Positions 58,508-63,692 of a stretch of DNA of 63,692 bases are shown piece after piece. Source of the stretch: Candidatus Woesearchaeota archaeon (GTDB lineage Archaea > Nanobdellota > Nanobdellia > Woesearchaeales > ARS49). Position numbers and translations under genes: made by a program. How positions within the stretch are numbered: position 1 is the first letter of the stretch; each line of letters begins with the position of its first letter. The stretch is from assembly GCA_038868995.1 (NCBI GenBank), contig JAWCRZ010000006.1:1-63692 (forward strand), written 5' to 3'. A model generated the notes under the pieces. It searched no databases. It was not told the DNA's origin and saw only the letters and a program-made list of their open reading frames with translations.

Positions 58508-59359
58508 ATGGGTCTTGATGTGGTGGTGAGTGAAGAGGCATTTCTATCTACGTACAAGAACGGAGTCAGAAACGCACGCGATTATGCAAAAGCGCACGAG
58601 CTTGCCATGGAACACTACACTTACGCAAATATTGCCAGAGCAATTGGCAGGCACCAAAGCACCATCAAGGGCTGGCTTCGCAACAAGCACATGCCAGACA
58701 GCATTGCAGGACTTGAGCACGTTAAACAGCTCGGATTAGTTCCTCTTACAGCGCAATCAGAAAAACTCGTGCCATTGGTCCGCCTTTGCGCCTGGACATT
58801 CTGGAGCGGCTGCATTTCAAAAGAATATGACATCGTCATAAGCGAAAAAATATGGCGCCTCACCACATTGCAGGATTATTTCAAGCAAACTCTGGGCCTT
58901 GAATCAACACTCAAGGAGGAACCGAGCACAATCCGCTTCAACGGAAACTCGCACTACCATGGCAGATTGCTTGCCAGCATGGGAGTGCCTGTTGCCACAA
59001 GAAAATCAACCTCTGAACTGCACATACCTCATGCTATTTCAGGATGCCCAGAAACAGCCATTCCATTCCTAAACGTGCTTTTCACAACACGAACGGAAAG
59101 AAATGGAAGCTACTGGACAATCAACATCCCTGCAAACAGAGATTATGAACGCGCATTGTCATTCGGAAAAGAGGTGATTGCATACATCAATGCTGCATTG
59201 CCAAAAGCACATATTGAAGGAAAACAACTCAGCATACTCATGCGAACAATCCCCTCGGGATATACAAACAAAAAAAACAGCATTTACATACCTCGCATCA
59301 GCTTACACAAAGAAAACCTTATACGCATTGTAGACAACTACCACCAGCTTATTTTGTAA
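58508..59359 (+). CDS. HTH + degenerate LAGLIDADG-like protein
   Basis: [21 protein letters not shown]; [11 protein letters not shown] and FLNVLFTT at LAGLIDADG-like spacing. Confidence 0.55.
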   Translation: MGLDVVVSEEAFLSTYKNGVRNARDYAKAHELAMEHYTYANIARAIGRHQSTIKGWLRNKHMPDSIAGLEHVKQLGLVPLTAQSEKLVPLVRLCAWTFWSGCISKEYDIVISEKIWRLTTLQDYFKQTLGLESTLKEEPSTIRFNGNSHYHGRLLASMGVPVATRKSTSELHIPHAISGCPETAIPFLNVLFTTRTERNGSYWTINIPANRDYERALSFGKEVIAYINAALPKAHIEGKQLSILMRTIPSGYTNKKNSIYIPRISLHKENLIRIVDNYHQLIL

Positions 59360-59366
59360 CTTAATT

Positions 59367-59504
59367 TTACCTGACAATTGCTGCCTTTACCCCGAAGCTC
59401 TTTCCACAATAAACACACTGCTTTGATTTGCCAGCAACAACCTGAGTACGCGATTCATAAAGCATCTGGTTGCTGCAATGGTGGCATTTAAGCAAGAATT
59501 TCAT
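59367..59504 (-). CDS. Small zinc-ribbon protein (45 aa)
   Basis: Manual translation MKFLLKCHHCSNQMLYESRTQVVAGKSKQCVYCGKSFGVKAAIVR; ATGA overlap with scpB. Confidence 0.72.
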   Translation of the reverse strand: MKFLLKCHHCSNQMLYESRTQVVAGKSKQCVYCGKSFGVKAAIVR

Positions 59505-60616
59505 TCCTTCTTTTCTTCCTCTTCTTTTTCTCCTGAAAGCATCTTCTTGATTTTCTCCTCAATCTTGGCTTCAATTTCAGGCGGAACCCCCTCTGGATAC
59601 AAACCCTTGCCCTCTTCAAATTTTTTCTCCTTCAAACGCTTTACCTTCTCTTCCGCCTCCTGCGCAATCTTCTGTTCAGGAGTCAATGGAATTTCTTCAA
59701 GTGCTTCTTTCTTTTCTTCAACTTTTGGAATTTCTATTTTTTCCTCAACTGCAGTGGTTTCAAATTTTTCGTGCGCCTCTTTTGGCTTAGGCGCGTGATG
59801 AATTGCATGCTGATGCTTTTTTGCAGGTTTTTTCTTATGATGCTTATGATGAGAATGAGGCGGCTCTGCAGATGGGCGTTCTTCAGGAGGCAAAGATTCT
59901 ATTGGAACATCATAAACCGGCAAGTCGCCCATTTTTTCCTCAACAATTTCAACACCAGTGGATATCATGTCTTTTACCGGCTCGACAGCAAGATATTGCT
60001 CGAGTGGCTTTCTACCATCTTCAAGAACAATCTGCGGCTTGCCCAATTGCTCCTCTGTCTGCTTGCGCTGGGCTGCCTCCAACTGCTCAATTTCCCTCTC
60101 TTTTTCCTCAATTGCCTTCTCGACATCACCTGCACTGGAAAACTTCTGCTTCAATTTTGAGGGGTCAATGTCAAAATACTCAAAAAATTTAGGAGTCAAC
60201 TTTACCATTTTTGAACGTCCATGGCGCTCGCGCGTGATAAAACCTGAATTTTCCAATTGCGCAAGATGATCATACGCCTTGTTTGTCCTGATTTTCACAA
60301 CTTTCGACTGCAAAACAGGCGCCTTATAAGCAACCACTGCCAAAGTTTCCAGAATTCCCTTCGGCAATTCGGTCTTTGTGACAACCTTCTTTATAACAGG
60401 AACATATTTCTCCCTGACAGTCAATTTCCACGCAGTACCATCCTGCAAAAGCATTGTAGGACTGTTGGAAGAATCCAATTGAGATTTCCATTCGGTCAAA
60501 ACTGCAAGAATCTCCTCTTTCGGACGATGGCACAACTTGGATATTTCTTCCAGCTCAAGCTTTCTGGCAGCGGCAAACAGGATTGCCTCAACCATGCGCT
60601 TCAGTTCTTCATCCAT
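59501..60616 (-). CDS. scpB: SMC-Scp complex subunit ScpB with long C-terminal extension
   Basis: VEAILFAA, LETLAVVAYKAP, IR..KAYDH, LTPKFFEYF. Confidence 0.9.
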   Translation of the reverse strand: MDEELKRMVEAILFAAARKLELEEISKLCHRPKEEILAVLTEWKSQLDSSNSPTMLLQDGTAWKLTVREKYVPVIKKVVTKTELPKGILETLAVVAYKAPVLQSKVVKIRTNKAYDHLAQLENSGFITRERHGRSKMVKLTPKFFEYFDIDPSKLKQKFSSAGDVEKAIEEKEREIEQLEAAQRKQTEEQLGKPQIVLEDGRKPLEQYLAVEPVKDMISTGVEIVEEKMGDLPVYDVPIESLPPEERPSAEPPHSHHKHHKKKPAKKHQHAIHHAPKPKEAHEKFETTAVEEKIEIPKVEEKKEALEEIPLTPEQKIAQEAEEKVKRLKEKKFEEGKGLYPEGVPPEIEAKIEEKIKKMLSGEKEEEEKKE

Positions 60617-61196
60617 TAGTAACGTACACCTTTCCCTCTTTTTTCAACTCGCCCTTGTTCACCATATTCTCAACAAATGGCTGCAATTCCTTAACGCCGA
60701 TACCTAGCAATTCTGACAGCTGCTCAATGCTGTGCGGTTGGGCACGGCAAGCAAACTTGATAAAATTATGAAAAACATTCAATGCGTTCTGGTCAAGAAC
60801 TTTCTTCTGAGCTTGGAGGCCTTTCAGCATCATGTCGGTATGGTGCAACCTTGCCTGAAAATCATTAATGAAATCCTCAAATACAGCCGTATCAAGCTGG
60901 AGTTTGTCAGGGCTCATAATCTCAACCGCGCTTGGCATGCTGTCAATGCAGAAATCAAGCAGCTGCTCAAGGTCCTTGAACGCTATTTGCAGCTCTACAA
61001 ACTGGGTGAAATAGTTATCCTGCGCCTTTGGCTCTGCAAACTTCTCAAACTGAACGTTCAGTCCATCCTGCTTAATCTTGTCAACATGGTCAAGCAAGGC
61101 CTTATGCACAAATTCCTTAGGTGCGCCCATAATTTCAACGATTGCCCTGACAACTATTGGCTGTTGCTCCATGACGGTAATTCGGATATGGGCCAT
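60609..61196 (-). CDS. Hypothetical protein
   Basis: VEIMGAPKE...FVELQI...MPSAVEI; possible C-terminal wHTH; start may be 61172. Confidence 0.72.
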   Translation of the reverse strand: MAHIRITVMEQQPIVVRAIVEIMGAPKEFVHKALLDHVDKIKQDGLNVQFEKFAEPKAQDNYFTQFVELQIAFKDLEQLLDFCIDSMPSAVEIMSPDKLQLDTAVFEDFINDFQARLHHTDMMLKGLQAQKKVLDQNALNVFHNFIKFACRAQPHSIEQLSELLGIGVKELQPFVENMVNKGELKKEGKVYVTNG

Positions 61197-61295
61197 TAAA
61201 AAGCTTTTCCCTCGAAAAAACAGTGTTTTTTGTTATCGTTAGATAGTTACAAAAGCTTTTAATCACTAAATAAAAAGACAAAACGGGGTGAAATA

Positions 61296-61817
61296 ATGGG
61301 ATTATTCGGATTTGGAAAAAAAAGACGTGAAGAACTACCTTTGCCACCCCCTCCATCACCACCAGAACTACCACCTCTTCTAAAAGGGGATATTGAGGAA
61401 ATAAGACCACCGGAAGCGCCTTCTGCAATACCGGAAATTCCACCAATGGAAGAGCATGAAGAAAAACTACCGGAATTGCCACCTGCATTACCTGCTCCTA
61501 TGCCAGCAATGGCACCTGCGGAGGAAAAAGAGGCAAGAGTATTCGACAAGACAGTACAGCCGGAAGCCGAAGAACCGATACGCGAAGTCGTGCGGACTAT
61601 ACCAAAGCCGGCATTCGTTGCTGTGGAAGATTACAGGCGCATTATCAACGACACGAACACAATACGCGCTAAACTGATGGATGCTGAAAATTTTGTCAGG
61701 CGACTTGGCGATTTAAAGAATGAAGAAGAACGGTCGTTTGAACGCTGGAGAACACTTTTGGAAGACGTTGAGAAAAAAATGAACTATGTCGACCAGCTTA
61801 TAGCAAAAGCAGGGTGA
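61296..61817 (+). CDS. Pro/Glu-rich protein with C-terminal coiled coil
   Basis: GGTGA RBS; MGLFGFGKK start; FVAVEDY-initiated helix. Confidence 0.75.
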   Translation: MGLFGFGKKRREELPLPPPPSPPELPPLLKGDIEEIRPPEAPSAIPEIPPMEEHEEKLPELPPALPAPMPAMAPAEEKEARVFDKTVQPEAEEPIREVVRTIPKPAFVAVEDYRRIINDTNTIRAKLMDAENFVRRLGDLKNEEERSFERWRTLLEDVEKKMNYVDQLIAKAG

Positions 61818-62050
61818 ACTACATGGACGGAAAAGCACCGGTATTTGTCAAAATCGATGAGTACAAAGACATCATGGATATAATGACCCTGATGCGGGAA
61901 AAATTACGGCAGGCAAAGTTTTTGCTTGACAAGATAGCAGAATTAAAAGCACAGGAAGACCAAGAACTCGCAACCTGGGCAAAAGAACTTGAAGACGTTG
62001 AAGCACGCGTTTCTTCGGTGGACAAATCACTATTTGAACCGAGCATCTAA
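61814..62050 (+). CDS. Small coiled-coil protein
   Basis: PVFVKIDEY...W..ELEDVE; aligns with C-terminus of upstream ORF. Confidence 0.75.
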   Translation: MNYMDGKAPVFVKIDEYKDIMDIMTLMREKLRQAKFLLDKIAELKAQEDQELATWAKELEDVEARVSSVDKSLFEPSI

Positions 62051-62416
62051 ATGGAAGAAGAACTGTTCTTTGTCGGAATAAGGGACCCAATCGAGATGCG
62101 CAAAGAACTTCTGATATCATCTAAAAATTTAATTGACAGCTTACGACGCTATGAAGCATATAAGCAATTAAAAGAAGAAAAACTGCAGCACGTCCTTGCA
62201 CTGAAAAGAGTGTTTGACGAATTGCTTGTCTTGAACAGAAAATTACGAGGGCATCTGCCACGCATACCAGTCAAAGTGCCGGCACTTACACGCGAGGAAA
62301 AACCCGCGAAAATGCCAAAAATGATGACAAGGATGAAGACAGTTACCAAAAGCAAAATCGATGTTCTCGAAGAAGAATTATCAAAGATAGAAGAACGACT
62401 GGGACATTTGGAATAA
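62051..62416 (+). CDS. Small coiled-coil protein
   Basis: FFVGIRDP + helices; abuts previous stop. Confidence 0.72.
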   Translation: MEEELFFVGIRDPIEMRKELLISSKNLIDSLRRYEAYKQLKEEKLQHVLALKRVFDELLVLNRKLRGHLPRIPVKVPALTREEKPAKMPKMMTRMKTVTKSKIDVLEEELSKIEERLGHLE

Positions 62417-62872
62417 TCATTTCACAACAACTTCCTTATCAAGAATTCTTTGATCGGGCGCAAACACAAAAGTTGCAGTGACGAACTTTCCTGCAAGAAC
62501 ATGCGGCAACCAGTGAGGGTCATCAGTCCACATTTTATCAAAAGGAATCTTGTCGATATCAAACCACTCAGGTTTCATCTCCTCGGTTTCCATCGGATTA
62601 GCAGCCCATTGGTCGGCAATAAAAACGTGAACAATCTGGTCCCACTCAGGCTTATGCGGGAACTTGAAAGTGAGAACAGCAGATTTCTTAATATCTTCAA
62701 CAATTAAACCAGACTCTTCGCGCAACTCTCTCAACGCAGCCGCTTCGATTGTTTCGCCGTTCTCAACTTTTCCGCCGAAACCATTCCACTTACCTGCGCC
62801 AAAACCTTTCTTTTTCATTCCGAGAAGGAGCTTGTTTCCATTACGGACCATAATCAATGTCGCGTTTCTCAT
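62417..62872 (-). CDS. 8-oxo-dGTP diphosphatase (MTH1/NUDT1-like Nudix)
   Basis: LLGMKKKGFGAGKWNGFGGKVE, RELREESG, ETEEMKPEWF, MWTDD. Confidence 0.88.
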   Translation of the reverse strand: MRNATLIMVRNGNKLLLGMKKKGFGAGKWNGFGGKVENGETIEAAALRELREESGLIVEDIKKSAVLTFKFPHKPEWDQIVHVFIADQWAANPMETEEMKPEWFDIDKIPFDKMWTDDPHWLPHVLAGKFVTATFVFAPDQRILDKEVVVK

Positions 62873-63302
62873 GCCGAATGGAAAGATTGCCTTTTTAATA
62901 AACGTTTGCTCGAGAAATGTTGATTAAAAATACGATTCAACGGCAATGTAATACACCCTTAGAACCTGAAATGTAGCGATGGTCTGGAGTTTCGGACTTT
63001 GTTGAAAATGGCTTGTGAAACTTTCCTCCTCAAGAACAATCTTTTTCAAAGGTTGATTCTTGCCAGCATACAAAATGAATTATACATAACCGTACAAAAG
63101 AAGGCAGGTTTCTTCCATATTTTGACCAAAATAGTTGTTGATCGGGCTTTCTATATTGAGGCCAAAAATAACCAAAGAACATTTTGCAGCCATTTCTAAG
63201 GTCTGTTTTTGAAAACACCTGCCAAGAGCGACATGCTCAAATTTACCCAAAAAACCAATTAAGACTTCTCAATAATATTTTCCAAAACGCCGTTCCTAAA
63301 AG

Positions 63303-63415
63303 TGCGGGGGGCAGGATTCGAACCTGCGAAGGCACTAAGCCAATAGCTTTCACCACAATCAACTGTGGCAAGTTGTGCTTGAGGCTATCCCCTTTGGCCA
63401 CTCGGGAACCCCCGC
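63303..63415 (-). tRNA. tRNA-Leu(CAA) with 29-nt intron (63349-63377)
   Basis: GCGGGGG/CCCCCGC, A73, Leu-type D arm and variable arm, ATAGC-CTCAAG|A-GCTAT. Confidence 0.85.
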
Positions 63416-63464
63416 GTAAGAGAATGATTTCAAGCAGCCTTTTAAAAATTTTATTGAGAAACAG

Positions 63465-63593
63465 TGCTGTCAACTTAATGGTGCCTCGCTGGTCTTTGAC
63501 TGACTTTTCTTCTCCCCTTGCAAATGCGGGGAGAGAAAAGTCACCTCGACAACGCCGAGGCAGCGCGGCCAGCACCAGAGAGTTGACTTAACC
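63465..63593 (-). repeat. Structured intergenic repeat, copy 3
   Basis: 122/129 identical to 9182-9310. Confidence 0.93.
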
Positions 63594-63601
63594 TTGAGAA
63601 A

Positions 63602-63692
63602 CTAAACGATAACGCCAAAACGGGCACACAAGCCAGCTATCTCAACAGGTGCCTGCACATCCAAATGGTCGTACTTCCAAATATAACACTGC
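63602..63692 (-). CDS. 3' end of an unidentified gene entering from beyond the window
   Basis: Only minus frame open from the window edge: ...CYIWKYDHLDVQAPVEIAGLCARFGVIV-TAG. Confidence 0.35.
   Translation of the reverse strand, partial: QCYIWKYDHLDVQAPVEIAGLCARFGVIV

Noticed and set aside
55916-59359. Intein in gyrA linked to the neighbouring LAGLIDADG-like gene
   Set aside because: GyrA is continuous around AAMRYTE, and the neighbour is on the opposite strand without splicing motifs.
62873-63302. Replication origin or gene in the 430-bp AT-rich gap
   Set aside because: No recognisable ORB repeats and no cdc6/orc1 nearby; the short ORFs lack motifs.
63303-63415. tRNA-Ser(TGA/CGA) through an alternative intron position
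   Set aside because: A73, the GCGGGGG acceptor, D arm and variable arm are Leu-type.
1-63692. Alternative genetic code
   Set aside because: Conserved genes translate full length with standard stops; no suppressor, Sec or Pyl tRNA seen.

Overview
Archaeal chromosomal DNA, most likely a DPANN archaeon such as Woesearchaeales (inferred from gene content, not a database hit). Supporting signs are TATA promoters, intron-containing tRNAs, Topo VI, RpoD/RpoN, eL18, NAC, Sec61beta, an unlinked 5S rRNA and bacterial-type gyrA/glyA/thyA. The window holds nucleotide-sugar genes, secFD, pyrG, ABCE1, leuS, dnaG, a folate/thymidylate cassette splitting rio1 from dim2-top6BA, the S13-S4-S11-rpoD-tRNA-Leu-L18e-L13-S9-rpoN region, gyrA and scpB. 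RNA genes are 5S, SRP, RNase P and six tRNAs, three with introns. The most unusual signal is a family of ~115-130 bp structured intergenic elements in three copies. Each follows GGTTAA on the minus strand (the stop codon of the upstream gene in two cases), and one has its internal two-hairpin module inverted with compensatory changes. A ~6.3 kb integrase island at tRNA-Thr carries an R-M pair and a coupled membrane protein + HEPN-like gene pair. Several unannotated structured RNA candidates also occur (dnaG leader, a tRNA-sized element before rpl18e, rps13 leader).
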